Positions 38,819-48,015 are shown, counted from the stretch's first letter. The stretch is DNA of 53,753 bases from Polyangia bacterium (GCA_050287845.1 JBNKCR010000032.1:1-53753); one strand, 5' to 3'. A program made the numbers and translations. The notes: generated by a model not told the origin, from the sequence alone.

Positions 38819-39146
38819 TAACCCCTCAGCAAATTTTTATTCGTATTGCGATTCATCGGCGATTCCCATCCTGTTGGGAATGCCGTTCGTAGGCGCCTAA
38901 CGGAGCTTCTGCGGATTTCGAAGCGTTGATTTCAATTTCGCAGAGTGGTGCGAAATTTCACATTCATCAAAATAATTCACCATCTATCGGATTCCCCCCC
39001 TTGTCCACTCCAATGCATATTAAATCATTACCAGGCGGGTCGCTACTCCCCTTTTGAAAAACCTTCGCTTTATCACACCTGGATCGTGTGCCAGCAAATG
39101 GCAGATTTAAGGCTGATAATCAGTGCAAAATATAACTGAGGGGTTT
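38819..39146. mobile_element. Putative MITE / IS remnant bounded by inverted repeats
   Basis: AACCCCTCAG (38820-38829) and CTGAGGGGTT (39136-39145) form a perfect 10-bp IR that extends imperfectly inward. No credible ORF inside. Confidence 0.45.
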
Positions 39147-39181
39147 TAGGCTTTGTCTCAAAAGTTCTTTTGGTATAAGCC

Positions 39182-39272
39182 GCCCCGAAGGGGCCCAGGC
39201 ATATCAGCCCCGGGCATCGCCCGGGGGTTGTTGAATTAATTATGTTTTTAGCCCTGAAAGGGCGTTCCATAT
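39182..39272 (+). repeat. REP-like three-hairpin unit 1
   Basis: GCCCCGAAGGGGC..AGCCCCGGGCATCGCCCGGGG..GCCCTGAAAGGGCGTT. Confidence 0.9.
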
Positions 39273-39275
39273 CGG

Positions 39276-39728
39276 TTAATCCCAGAGGTATTTTTCATCA
39301 TAAGCCACGCCATATTTTTCCAAAAGAACGAGAAGCTCTTCTTTGAAACTATTTGACCTGTGGTGTTCCTCCTGGTTATCGACATAACGAAGCAATGCAG
39401 ACAGCTGAGATTGGCCCAGGGAGAAAATGCCATATCCAGACTGCCATGAAAAATTAGCTGTTCCGCCTTCCTGTTGCTTCATCCACGAAGAGGATGTCTT
39501 TTTTACTTCCTCGACAAGTTTCGCCATTGTTAAGGTGCGCGGCAACGTGCAGGCAATATGGACATGATCGTCTGTGCCGCCGACGCGAAAGGCTTCAGCG
39601 CCGATTGCCCGGCAAACACCGGCGAGATACGCATGCAGTTTCGAACGAAGATGTTCCGGTATCGTCTTCTGCCGATTGTGGGTACTGAAAACAATGTGAA
39701 GCAATACCATGGATAGTGACTGCGCCAT
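39276..39728 (-). CDS. tnpA: IS200/IS605-superfamily Y1 HUH transposase (TnpA), REP-associated
   Basis: LHIVFST, HUH motif DHVHI, FSWQSGYGIFS and catalytic Y in YVDNQEEHH. AGGAG RBS. No tnpB. Confidence 0.93.
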   Translation of the reverse strand: MAQSLSMVLLHIVFSTHNRQKTIPEHLRSKLHAYLAGVCRAIGAEAFRVGGTDDHVHIACTLPRTLTMAKLVEEVKKTSSSWMKQQEGGTANFSWQSGYGIFSLGQSQLSALLRYVDNQEEHHRSNSFKEELLVLLEKYGVAYDEKYLWD

Positions 39729-39761
39729 TGCCCGACTCCTTTACTGTGGAACATTTCGGTT

Positions 39762-39857
39762 CTACAGCTTTAAATAACATCTGATGAATGCCATTTTTAC
39801 CATGCCGCCGAAGTTCTTGGCAGTTTTTTCAAAACGAGAAAAGACTCGACGGTTTTC
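39762..39857 (-). pseudogene. IS5-family transposase C-terminal fragment
   Basis: Manual translation ENRRVFSRFEKTAKNFGGMVKMAFIRCYLKL* matches the IS5/IS427-type tail (RRIATRF(D/E)K.A.NF). Confidence 0.8.
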
Positions 39858-39866
39858 CGTGAAACC

Positions 39867-39959
39867 GCCCCGAAGGGGCTGCTGCATAACAGCCCCGGGC
39901 ATCGCCCGGGGTTTCGGTGAATTGATAAATATATTCAGCCCTGCAAAGGGCGTTACATT
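39867..39959 (+). repeat. REP-like three-hairpin unit 2
   Basis: GCCCCGAAGGGGC..AGCCCCGGGCATCGCCCGGGG..GCCCTGCAAAGGGCGTTACAT. Confidence 0.9.
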
Positions 39960-39997
39960 CGGGGCTACAATAGTCGCCTTTAAAGGCCCGTCGACGG

Positions 39998-40086
39998 ATG
40001 TGGCGCCCTTACAGGGCTATTTTCATAAATTATCATCCGTCCCCCGGGCGTTGCCCGGGGCTATTATGCGCATGCCCTTTCAGGGC
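39998..40086 (-). repeat. REP-like three-hairpin unit 3 (inverted; forms a REPIN-like pair with unit 2)
   Basis: GCCCTTACAGGGC..CCCCGGGCGTTGCCCGGGGCT..GCCCTTTCAGGGC. Confidence 0.9.
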
Positions 40087-40100
40087 CAAAAGCATCCAAA

Positions 40101-40208
40101 ATGAAAACATAATGGGTGGCCATCTACATCACACAGGATATGCAATTTCGTAGAGTATCCCCCACGCGAACGTCCCAATGCACGATCCATGGGCTCAGAT
40201 GGGTCATC
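40101..40208 (-). pseudogene. IS5-family transposase internal fragment
   Basis: Manual translation DDPSEPMDRALGRSRGGYSTKLHILCDVDGHPLCFH. LGRSRGG.STK.H...D..G.PL is the IS5 (IS427-group) signature. Confidence 0.87.
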
Positions 40209-40237
40209 AAAAAGGCAATGCATGTGATCTGGCTCTC

Positions 40238-40326
40238 AATGTAACGCCCTTTCAGGGCTCTTCTCTATTGATATGCCTGAACCCCGGGCGATGCCCGGGG
40301 CGATTATGCCTGGGCCCATCTGGGGC
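40238..40326 (-). repeat. REP-like three-hairpin unit 4 (inverted; closest to unit 1)
   Basis: AATGTAACGCCCTTTCAGGGC..CCCCGGGCGATGCCCGGGGC..ATGCCTGGGCCC. Shares GGGCCCAGGCATA with unit 1. Confidence 0.9.
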
Positions 40327-40375
40327 AAAAACAAAAGATCGAAAGGTTCAATTACCCTTTTGAGACAAAGTACTA

Positions 40376-41182
40376 CTATGGGATATGCCTGATTTGCTTT
40401 TCCATAATTTCTGTCGCGTGTTCAAATTGTTCAGGGGGTAACCTCCGCGCCAGATCCAGATACTGACGAATGGCAGTCTGACGTTCGATCTCAGAGATGC
40501 GCCGGTCTCCGATTTCAGTTAATCGATGCTGCAGTTCCAGCTGGGTATCCTCATTATCGAAATCCGCAACAGCGCTTTCGGAAAGAATCACTCTTTCCAT
40601 CTGTGCAATTGCGTTGTCCTGCTCCTCCGGTGACAGGGACGCAATCGCATCCAGATATTCACGCACATATTTCTGTTTTTTTTCATTTGAATCAGAAGTT
40701 TCAATCTGGTCAAGTAATGTCTCCACGGATGCGTTGTCTTTCAAGGTCGAGCTTCCTCGCAGCTGTTCGGAAAGCAGTCGCATACCGTCAAAGAATTCAT
40801 GTATCAGCTCCTGCGTTTTTTCAAAGCCAAGCAGCTCTTCATATTTCTGTATGGCCATGACACCTGCTTCCACATCTGCGGCTGTAACGATACCATGCTG
40901 CCCGGCATCTGACTTCAGTCTGGAAAGATAATCGCGTAAGGCATCCGGATCATTTTTCAACTGCTCAATTTCCAAAGATCTCAGTTTCACATTTTCTTCA
41001 AAAATAGAACGGTTGATTTTCATTCGCGTCTGTTCACCATCCTCTTCATCCTGAACCGGACGGGAATCCACCGCGTCTGACATGGACAAATCAATTGCAT
41101 CCAAAAATTCGATCAGTATAAAAACGACGGAACCGATCAGTAGCAGCGAAAAACACGCCAGAAGAATTGGTCTTTTGTTCAT
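40376..41182 (-). CDS. Hypothetical N-terminally anchored acidic helical protein
   Basis: 268-aa ORF with a single N-terminal TM and an internally repeated helical motif (..REYLD.. / ..RQYLD..). Confidence 0.7.
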   Translation of the reverse strand: MNKRPILLACFSLLLIGSVVFILIEFLDAIDLSMSDAVDSRPVQDEEDGEQTRMKINRSIFEENVKLRSLEIEQLKNDPDALRDYLSRLKSDAGQHGIVTAADVEAGVMAIQKYEELLGFEKTQELIHEFFDGMRLLSEQLRGSSTLKDNASVETLLDQIETSDSNEKKQKYVREYLDAIASLSPEEQDNAIAQMERVILSESAVADFDNEDTQLELQHRLTEIGDRRISEIERQTAIRQYLDLARRLPPEQFEHATEIMEKQIRHIP

Positions 41183-41268
41183 GAAGGCCCACTTTCAGAT
41201 TTTCAGAAACAACTGAACACCTTTTTCAAAATGTTTTTCCTTGAGCGGCGCCCATAACCTTGAATTGT

Positions 41269-41676
41269 TCAGTCGGCGTGATACTGAACGTACCGAATGG
41301 ACAGAGGATACGAACTGGCCACATAAATGGTCACCTTCTGTCCGATTTCCGCAGCACGCTGCAGCGCACCCAGTTCAGCGCCAAGCAATGCAGGATCCTG
41401 AATCCAGTACATTGAATACGACGACGGGGCTGTTGCATTTATGGAATACATATACCCCGTGCCTATGTACGCTCCCCCACATCCTGGTTCTGACGTCGTG
41501 TAAACATAGATTGCACCAAAATCTCCATAGTAGCCGGAATCCCACGTTTCCTTATACACCTTGCAAACATAGCCTACACTGTTTCCCGCAGGAAAACTGG
41601 CCTGTGCCGTCTGCGACGAAATGAACACTGCTACTGACAGCATCAGACAACCAAATAAAACAATTGATTTTTTCAT
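41269..41676 (-). CDS. Small secreted Tyr/Gly-rich hypothetical protein
   Basis: GGAGGGAG RBS, signal peptide ending AQA-S, two Cys in the mature part. Confidence 0.7.
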   Translation of the reverse strand: MKKSIVLFGCLMLSVAVFISSQTAQASFPAGNSVGYVCKVYKETWDSGYYGDFGAIYVYTTSEPGCGGAYIGTGYMYSINATAPSSYSMYWIQDPALLGAELGALQRAAEIGQKVTIYVASSYPLSIRYVQYHAD

Positions 41677-42053
41677 CGAAACTCCCTCCATCGCCATGTC
41701 CTGGCTGTTTCAGTCATTCGAAATACCGGACCAACCGCAAATGACTGATTCATTCATCTGTTTAAAGTGCCAACAATAACTTGTTTTTCTTAACGATACA
41801 TAGGCAGGGATTCCTGTCAAGGTTAATGACTTGCGACTTCCGAACAATAATGAAAAGGTACCATGTTAAAAAGTATGTCAAATAGAAGTTTCGCCATATT
41901 GGGTTTCGCCTTCGATTTCGGACTACCCGCCTATATCCGCGGCACGGGCGCCTTGCCGTCTCCGCCCTCTTGTTTTTTATGGGATAATTCCGTCAATTTT
42001 TTGGAAACATTCCAACTTCTCCACTGTCCCAACGAAATAGCGAAGGAGAAATC

Positions 42054-43787
42054 ATGACCGACTCGTCGGGAAAACCCGCTGGTGCGGTTCACAACTGGCG
42101 GCTACCGCTGGTGCTGGCTGCGGTACATGTGGTGCTGGCACTGCCAGCGGTGCTGTCGGGATGGATGAACGACGACTATTTTTTTAATACGCCTCTGTAC
42201 GAGACAGATGCGCCATTGGGCTACTACAACTTCATGGAGCGATTCGACGAGGCACACCTCCTTCCCTGGTGGACATCATCCGATTACCGGCTTCAGTTTT
42301 TTCGCCCGCTGGCCAGTCTCTCGATTCATTTCGATTTTCTGGTGGGGCGCAGCAACCCCCTGTTTGCGCATCTGGATTCACTGATATGGTCTCTGGCGAT
42401 GCTGTTTGGCGGTTTCGCCATCTTTCGGGAGATTCTCCACGATGACCGAACCCGCCGTTGGGCCATGATCATTTTCACATTTTCGGTCTGCCACACCTGG
42501 GCCGCCGGATGGGTGGCCGCCCGGCATTCGGTGATGAGTGGCGCCTTCACCGTGTGGGCCGCCGCGTTCTATCTGCACTGGCGAAACCATCACCACTGGC
42601 GGTACGGCGGGGTATCGGCTCTACTGTTTGTACTGGGGCTATGCTGCGGCGAAACAGCCCTGGCACTTGCTCTGTTTGTGGCCTGTTACGAGTTCGCCGG
42701 GAGCAGTGCCCCGTGGCTTTCGCGCCTTCGCCGTCTTCTGCCCATCGCCGCTATCGCCTGTCTGTATGTGGTCGCTTACAACGCCATGGGATTCGGCGCC
42801 CGGGGGTCCGGGGCGTATATCAATCCGGTCCTGTATCCCCTGGACTACTTCGCATTGCTGGTTCCCAAAATGCTGGCGGTGACCGGTGCGTTCGGATTTG
42901 GCATTCCGGCCATCATACGTCCCATTTTGCAGATTGGGGGCGTCACTCAGGTCGTCGGCATTCTCACGGTGCTCCTGCTCTTTGCAGCACTCCTCCGGAC
43001 GCGTCCTGTTCGAGATGTTCGATTCAGCCGCCCATTGCGATGGTTGCTGTTTGCCATCTTTGTTCCCCAGCTACCCGCATTGAGCGGTCTGGCTCAGGGT
43101 CGGGAATTCATACTCAGTCAACTCGCCTTCTCGGGCGTCGTTGCCCTGGTGCTGCCATCGCTGTTTGTCACCGCCGATAAATGGCCCGGCAAACTGCTTT
43201 CCCGCAGCATTGCCGGACTGCTACTACTCGGTGTTCTGGTAATGAACCCCCTGTTGCGGGTCGCCCAGAGCGGCTTCATTTACATGAGTAGCGTGGCCAT
43301 GGCCGATGCGGGCCGTCATGCATTGCTGGACTGCGCCCCCAACGCGCCGGTATATGTCATCAATGGCGACTTCATGCGTTCGGTGGGATTCCCCTTTGCC
43401 GTGGCCCGGCACCAGCATCGCCTCTTTCCGACATGGCAACATCTCAACACCCCGGAAGCCGACATCGTGGTGGAACGACTCGGCCAGACGCTGCTCAAGG
43501 TCAGCAGCACCGACAACACCCCTCTCCTCAACGATTTTCTGCATCTGTACCGCAGACCCGCCAATCACCTCACTGCGGGCAGCCGGTTCGAATCCACATA
43601 TCTTCAGGCCGAAGTGCTCGCTGCCAATGAAGCAGGACCAACGGTGGTAACGTATGACATCCCCACCCTGGCCGCTCCGGAAGGCGCCTGCCTCCTGCAA
43701 TATCTGGACGGTACTTTAACCACGTGGACGCCTCCCTCTGTCGGCCAATCCACCACCGTCAAATTCGTTCCACCGGTCCAGCAATAA
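42054..43787 (+). CDS. Polytopic membrane protein, GT-C-like (putative glycosyltransferase)
   Basis: AAGGAG RBS, many TM segments, DD after TM1 (WMNDDY), FFRPL and E-TA motifs. Confidence 0.65.
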   Translation: MTDSSGKPAGAVHNWRLPLVLAAVHVVLALPAVLSGWMNDDYFFNTPLYETDAPLGYYNFMERFDEAHLLPWWTSSDYRLQFFRPLASLSIHFDFLVGRSNPLFAHLDSLIWSLAMLFGGFAIFREILHDDRTRRWAMIIFTFSVCHTWAAGWVAARHSVMSGAFTVWAAAFYLHWRNHHHWRYGGVSALLFVLGLCCGETALALALFVACYEFAGSSAPWLSRLRRLLPIAAIACLYVVAYNAMGFGARGSGAYINPVLYPLDYFALLVPKMLAVTGAFGFGIPAIIRPILQIGGVTQVVGILTVLLLFAALLRTRPVRDVRFSRPLRWLLFAIFVPQLPALSGLAQGREFILSQLAFSGVVALVLPSLFVTADKWPGKLLSRSIAGLLLLGVLVMNPLLRVAQSGFIYMSSVAMADAGRHALLDCAPNAPVYVINGDFMRSVGFPFAVARHQHRLFPTWQHLNTPEADIVVERLGQTLLKVSSTDNTPLLNDFLHLYRRPANHLTAGSRFESTYLQAEVLAANEAGPTVVTYDIPTLAAPEGACLLQYLDGTLTTWTPPSVGQSTTVKFVPPVQQ

Positions 43788-43851
43788 TTTTCAGACAGTT
43801 TACGCTAATGTTGCAAAAGACCAATGACTGAAACCGCTGTCGGTCGCACAA

Positions 43852-43866
43852 TGGCACACCATCTGC
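43852..43866 (+). promoter_or_regulatory. Candidate sigma54 promoter
   Basis: TGGCAC-ACCAT-CTGC has correct GG-N10-GC spacing and is intergenic. Confidence 0.5.
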
Positions 43867-43972
43867 TTCTGTGCTCAATTGGTCAATGGGGCGGGTGATG
43901 AAAGTTACAATCCGATGCGATACCCCGAAAAACGAATGGATTCCGGAGGGATTACGCGTAAAACAGGCAAAA

Positions 43973-44002
43973 TTCCGGGAAAATCACTTCCGGGAAAATC
44001 AC
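43973..44002 (+). repeat. 15-bp tandem duplication TTCCGGGAAAATCAC x2
   Basis: Seen directly. Confidence 0.9.
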
Positions 44003-44040
44003 CCCGGAACGGACAGGTGTCGTCCCCCCAACCATGCCGT

Positions 44041-44289
44041 TTATTTCGCTTTGTGGCCCAGCACCCGGGGATGGTTTTTCCAGGCGGGCATACCGGCCAT
44101 GTAGGAGAGGGATTTTTCCCGGGCGGTATCATCGGACATGCCCGGGTCCTGATGTTTCATGAATTGACTCATGCGGGCAATCCGTTCCTCAAAGGACTGG
44201 AGTGCACCGGAGTCATCCGTGCAATGTTGACAATACGTGCCCGATTCAACGGGCATTCCGCAGCTGTGACATTTGAGTGCCTGATTCAT
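44041..44289 (-). CDS. Zinc-ribbon domain protein
   Basis: CHSCGMP..YCQHC. ATGA overlap with the upstream MarR gene. Confidence 0.8.
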   Translation of the reverse strand: MNQALKCHSCGMPVESGTYCQHCTDDSGALQSFEERIARMSQFMKHQDPGMSDDTAREKSLSYMAGMPAWKNHPRVLGHKAK

Positions 44290-44768
44290 GGTAAATCTTC
44301 TTTCTCGCCCCCATCGGGGACGTTGCAAGGGATTGGTTTCAATGGGCCTGCGGCATCCAGCAGCGCCCGCATTCCGTTCAGCAGGTCCGTCCGGTCCGCA
44401 GCGGTCATCTGATTCATGGCCCGGGCAAGCAGAGAAACAGACAATACTTCCCCGGCGGTGGACACCGTTTCTCTGCCGGTTGGGGACAGCCATACCAGAT
44501 GGCGTCGCCGATCCCGTTCATCGGCAATGCGCGTCACCAGACCCCGCTTTTCGAGCCGTTCCACAATTTCACTCATGGCCGACTGGGATCTGGCAAAATG
44601 GGCAGCAGCTTCGGTCACCGTCAGTGGCCCGGACTGATGCAGATGCTGCAGCACCGCCAGGGACTCGGGCCGTATCCGGTAATCGCTCGTATCCATCCGG
44701 CGGTAGAAATGCCGGTACACATCGGCAAACAGAGATATGAAATTTCGGGCATCGGTGTTGCAACTCAT
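44286..44768 (-). CDS. MarR-family transcriptional regulator
   Basis: SQSAMSEIVERLEKRGLV.R..DERDRR..LSPTG. Start set at ATG 44768. Confidence 0.9.
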   Translation of the reverse strand: MSCNTDARNFISLFADVYRHFYRRMDTSDYRIRPESLAVLQHLHQSGPLTVTEAAAHFARSQSAMSEIVERLEKRGLVTRIADERDRRRHLVWLSPTGRETVSTAGEVLSVSLLARAMNQMTAADRTDLLNGMRALLDAAGPLKPIPCNVPDGGEKEDLP

Positions 44769-45026
44769 GGAATCACCCTCGCAAAAAAAAATTGCATCGA
44801 CAATCCCGATGAAAAAAAAAGAGTACCTGAACAGAAGTTCCGCATAACGGGACTGGTTTGAATACAGACTTGCATTTATGTGGGGAATGGTGTTTATTTT
44901 CACTCCTTTTTTAAGGGGCAGCGATTGGCCTGCGGTTTACATCGCTGTTCTTGAATGCAAATGCACAATACCAGTGCGGATATGACTCTCTTTTAAATTT
45001 TAAGACACACACCAGGAGGCGTGTTT

Positions 45027-46700
45027 ATGGCAATGAAAGGCGCAAGAATCGTTGTTGAGTGCCTGAAAAAGGAAAAGGTCGATACCCTTTTCTGTTATCC
45101 GGGCGGCGTAGTCATTCCAATTTTCGATGAGCTGTTCAGCCATGGCGAAGGCATTCACATGGTGCAGCCCAGGCACGAGCAGGGAGGCACCCACGCGGCG
45201 GACGGCTATGCCCGCGTAACCGGCAGGCCCGGGGTTGTGCTGGTCACATCCGGACCCGGCGCCACCAATACCGTTACCGGCATTGCCACGGCGTACATCG
45301 ATTCCATTCCCATGGTGGTCATCACCGGACAGGTGCCCACGGCGCTGGTGGGGACCGACGCATTTCAGGAAGCCGACATCACGGGAATTTCGTTGCCGAT
45401 CACCAAGGAAAACATTCTGGTCACCGACATCAATGATCTCGCCCCCAGTCTGAAACGGGCGTTTCACATCGCGGTGTCGGGACGTCCCGGCCCGGTGCTG
45501 GTGGATATTCCCAAGGATGTGCTGCTGGCCACCACCGTTTTCGAGTATCCCGAGGAATTCAGTCTCGAAAGTTACAAACCGGTGTCCAAGGGTCATCCCA
45601 AACAAGTTGCCAAAGCCCTCGATATGATGGTCGGTGCAGCGCGCCCGCTGATTCTGGCGGGGGGCGGCATTCAGATTTCCGGGGCCGCGGAATTGGCGGA
45701 TACCTTCATTGACAAGTACGGGATTCCCGTGGTGCACACCCTCATGGGACATGGCATCAATCCGAAAAACAAATCCCTCGCCGTGGGCAATATCGGAATG
45801 CACGGCACCGTATATGGCAACTGGGCGGTACAGCATTGCGATTTGCTCATTGCCCTGGGCACCCGCTTCAGTGACCGGATTCTGGGCGATACAGTGAGCT
45901 TTGCCCCCGAGGCCAAAATCATTCACGTGGATGTGGATCCCGCTGAAATTGGAAAAAATATTGAGGTGGAAGTGCCGCTTGTGGGCGATCTCCGTCACGT
46001 GCTTGAAAAGTGGATTGAGGCGGATCGGGACATGCCCGATTTCTCCAACTGGGTAAACGCCATTGTGGAGAAAAAGAAAAGCAGTCCGCTGACGTATGTG
46101 CAGAAAGATGAAATTGTTCCGCAGTATGTCATGGAGAAGGCTAGAGAGATTTTTCCCGAAGACCTGATTGTGGTGACTGACGTGGGGCAGCATCAGATGT
46201 GGTCCCATCAGTATTTTGATGTGACCAATCCGCGAAGCTTCGTGAGTTCCGGGGGGCTGGGCACTATGGGATTTGGCGTGCCTGCCGGGATTGGCGCCAA
46301 ACTGGGATGCCCGGACCGCCAGGTGCTGGTGTTTGCCGGAGACGGCGGCTTTCAGATGACCATGCAGGAACTGATTACCATTCGTCGGGAGAAACTGCCG
46401 GTGAAAATTGTGGTGCTCGACAATGGCTATCTGGGTATGGTGCGCCAGTGGCAGGATATGTTCCACGGCAAGCGATACTCGGGCGTGCTTCTCGACAACA
46501 ACCCCGATTTTTCTGAGCTGGCGAAGGTGCTGGGCATCCGCGGTCGCCAGGTGAAGAAGCCCGATGAGGTGGCGGACGCGCTGAAGGAGCTGGCAGAATC
46601 CGAAGAAGCGATGCTGCTTCATGTGATTGTCAAAGAGGAAGAAAACGTATTTCCCATGGTCGCAGCGGGTGCGTCGCTGAACGATACCCGGACGAGCTGA
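45027..46700 (+). CDS. ilvB: Acetolactate synthase large subunit
   Basis: YPGG, RHEQG, TSGPGATN, TDAFQEAD, DVGQHQMW and GDGGFQM..LDNGYLGMVRQWQ motifs. AGGAGG RBS. Confidence 0.96.
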   Translation: MAMKGARIVVECLKKEKVDTLFCYPGGVVIPIFDELFSHGEGIHMVQPRHEQGGTHAADGYARVTGRPGVVLVTSGPGATNTVTGIATAYIDSIPMVVITGQVPTALVGTDAFQEADITGISLPITKENILVTDINDLAPSLKRAFHIAVSGRPGPVLVDIPKDVLLATTVFEYPEEFSLESYKPVSKGHPKQVAKALDMMVGAARPLILAGGGIQISGAAELADTFIDKYGIPVVHTLMGHGINPKNKSLAVGNIGMHGTVYGNWAVQHCDLLIALGTRFSDRILGDTVSFAPEAKIIHVDVDPAEIGKNIEVEVPLVGDLRHVLEKWIEADRDMPDFSNWVNAIVEKKKSSPLTYVQKDEIVPQYVMEKAREIFPEDLIVVTDVGQHQMWSHQYFDVTNPRSFVSSGGLGTMGFGVPAGIGAKLGCPDRQVLVFAGDGGFQMTMQELITIRREKLPVKIVVLDNGYLGMVRQWQDMFHGKRYSGVLLDNNPDFSELAKVLGIRGRQVKKPDEVADALKELAESEEAMLLHVIVKEEENVFPMVAAGASLNDTRTS

Positions 46701-46709
46701 GGTGAACAG

Positions 46710-47225
46710 ATGGCAAACACCAATTTATCAGAACATACCGTTTCGATTCTTGTATTCAACAAGCCCGGGGTGCTCTCCAAGGTCATGAGTCTCATCACCC
46801 GACGCGGCTTCAATATGGAGAGCGTCAGTGCCGAAAAGACCTCCGGAGATAAAACCCGCATTATTGTGGCGGTGAAAGCCGACGAGCGCAGTCTGGAGCA
46901 GATTCAGAAACAGCTCTACAAAATTGTGGATGTGGTCAAGGTCACCCCCATCGATCCCAAACACAAGCTGGTTCGCGAACTGGCGTTTGTAAAAGTGAAA
47001 AACGCCACCGGTCTGCCCAACGCCTCCAATATGGAGCTGTTCCAGCTGGTCGATGTGTTTAACGGCGAAATTGTTAACGCCACTCCCAGTGGATTTGTTT
47101 TTCAGGTCACCGGCTCCAGAGATAAAATCAACTCGTTTATCAGTCTCATTCCCGAAAATCTCATTGTGGAAATCGCCCGCACCGGCATCGTCGCCGTCAA
47201 TAAATGGCCCAGCCAGGAAGATTGA
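46710..47225 (+). CDS. ilvN: Acetolactate synthase small subunit
   Basis: NKPGVL..RRGFNMES, EQIQKQLYK and EIARTG motifs. Confidence 0.93.
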   Translation: MANTNLSEHTVSILVFNKPGVLSKVMSLITRRGFNMESVSAEKTSGDKTRIIVAVKADERSLEQIQKQLYKIVDVVKVTPIDPKHKLVRELAFVKVKNATGLPNASNMELFQLVDVFNGEIVNATPSGFVFQVTGSRDKINSFISLIPENLIVEIARTGIVAVNKWPSQED

Positions 47226-47475
47226 TTTCTAATTTGTTTCGCTTGTTGATTTAAAAAAACAGATAAAATTTTAATTTGTCTGACCTATTGCGCTGCGACG
47301 ACCCACCTTACCTGTGAAACCAAAAATGAAGCCGGGGGGGATTTGAGACGATACCTGCAGGGACGAAAAAAATTTGTTCCCGGGACATTCCGTTGTCCCT
47401 TTGCGACCATCCGGCGCCATGGGGCTTCCCCGGGAAAACCTGGCGAGTCCGCATCCTGCTTTTATACTTATCTCC

Positions 47476-48015
47476 ATGCGCAATTTCACAATAATTATCC
47501 TGGGAGTCCTTTTTGGCGCGGGCCTTTTTGCCTGCGGCAAGGGCGGGGTGGCCATTTCGGTAAATGGCGTGGCGGTTCACGAAAACGAATGGAAAGCGGC
47601 CACCAGCGAAATTGGCGCCAGATTGCGGTTTGAACACGACTGCGACGGCCCCTACGAATTTGTGCTCATCAAAAAAGAATACAAATATCCCAGCGAAGTC
47701 GGCGTGGTGGCCTGTAACCGCAAGTGGATATTCACCCGCGAGACCGATGGCATCACCGCCGGCCCGTGGAAAGGCAGACAGACCGCTTTTTCGTTCATTC
47801 CCCCCGAAGACCGCGGGGACAAAGGAGCGGACAAAGCCTCTGCCCCCGAAACCGCATCGGGTGCCGCGCCCGGCACCCCATCTTCCCTATCAGACCGAAC
47901 CAACCCCTATGAAACCGACACCGCCGAAGGTGCTGAACCCGCTGACACCGAACCAGTCCCGGAATCCCCTCCGGAAAACACGGATACAGCCGAAGTTTCC
48001 ACCGACACGCCATAG
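47476..48015 (+). CDS. Hypothetical lipoprotein with P/E/T/D-rich tail
   Basis: Lipobox LFAC. Start set at ATG 47476. Confidence 0.65.
   Translation: MRNFTIIILGVLFGAGLFACGKGGVAISVNGVAVHENEWKAATSEIGARLRFEHDCDGPYEFVLIKKEYKYPSEVGVVACNRKWIFTRETDGITAGPWKGRQTAFSFIPPEDRGDKGADKASAPETASGAAPGTPSSLSDRTNPYETDTAEGAEPADTEPVPESPPENTDTAEVSTDTP

Larger units (their letters stand above)
39149..40372. mobile_element. Composite element: IS5-family shell containing REP-like units and a Y1 transposase
   Basis: Perfect 14-bp IR CTTTGTCTCAAAAG (39151-39164) / CTTTTGAGACAAAG (40357-40370), each with TA a few bp outside. It encloses the features listed below. Confidence 0.75.

Noticed and set aside
38960..39060. yybP-ykoY riboswitch-like AAAGGGGAGTAGC on the minus strand
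   Set aside because: The downstream conserved elements (CGTCA, GCAAGACC) are not found and there is no regulated gene.
39182..40326. Repeat units as a CRISPR array
   Set aside because: The units are about 90 bp, diverged, in both orientations and irregularly spaced. There are no cas genes. They fit REP/REPIN instead.
39784..40363. ORFs 39784-40104 and 40178-40363 on +
   Set aside because: They read through REP units. The meaningful coding signal is the IS5 fragments on the minus strand.
44878..45000. Leader-peptide attenuator upstream of ilvB
   Set aside because: The short ORF lacks a run of Ile/Leu/Val codons, and the CAGCGAT..ATCGCTG hairpin has no clean U-tract.
45000..46622. Long antisense ORFs (540 aa here; also 5697-7211, 9121-10233, 12382-13518, 22755-23744, 49918-50964)
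   Set aside because: They lie opposite well-supported genes and have no recognisable motifs, as expected from codon bias.
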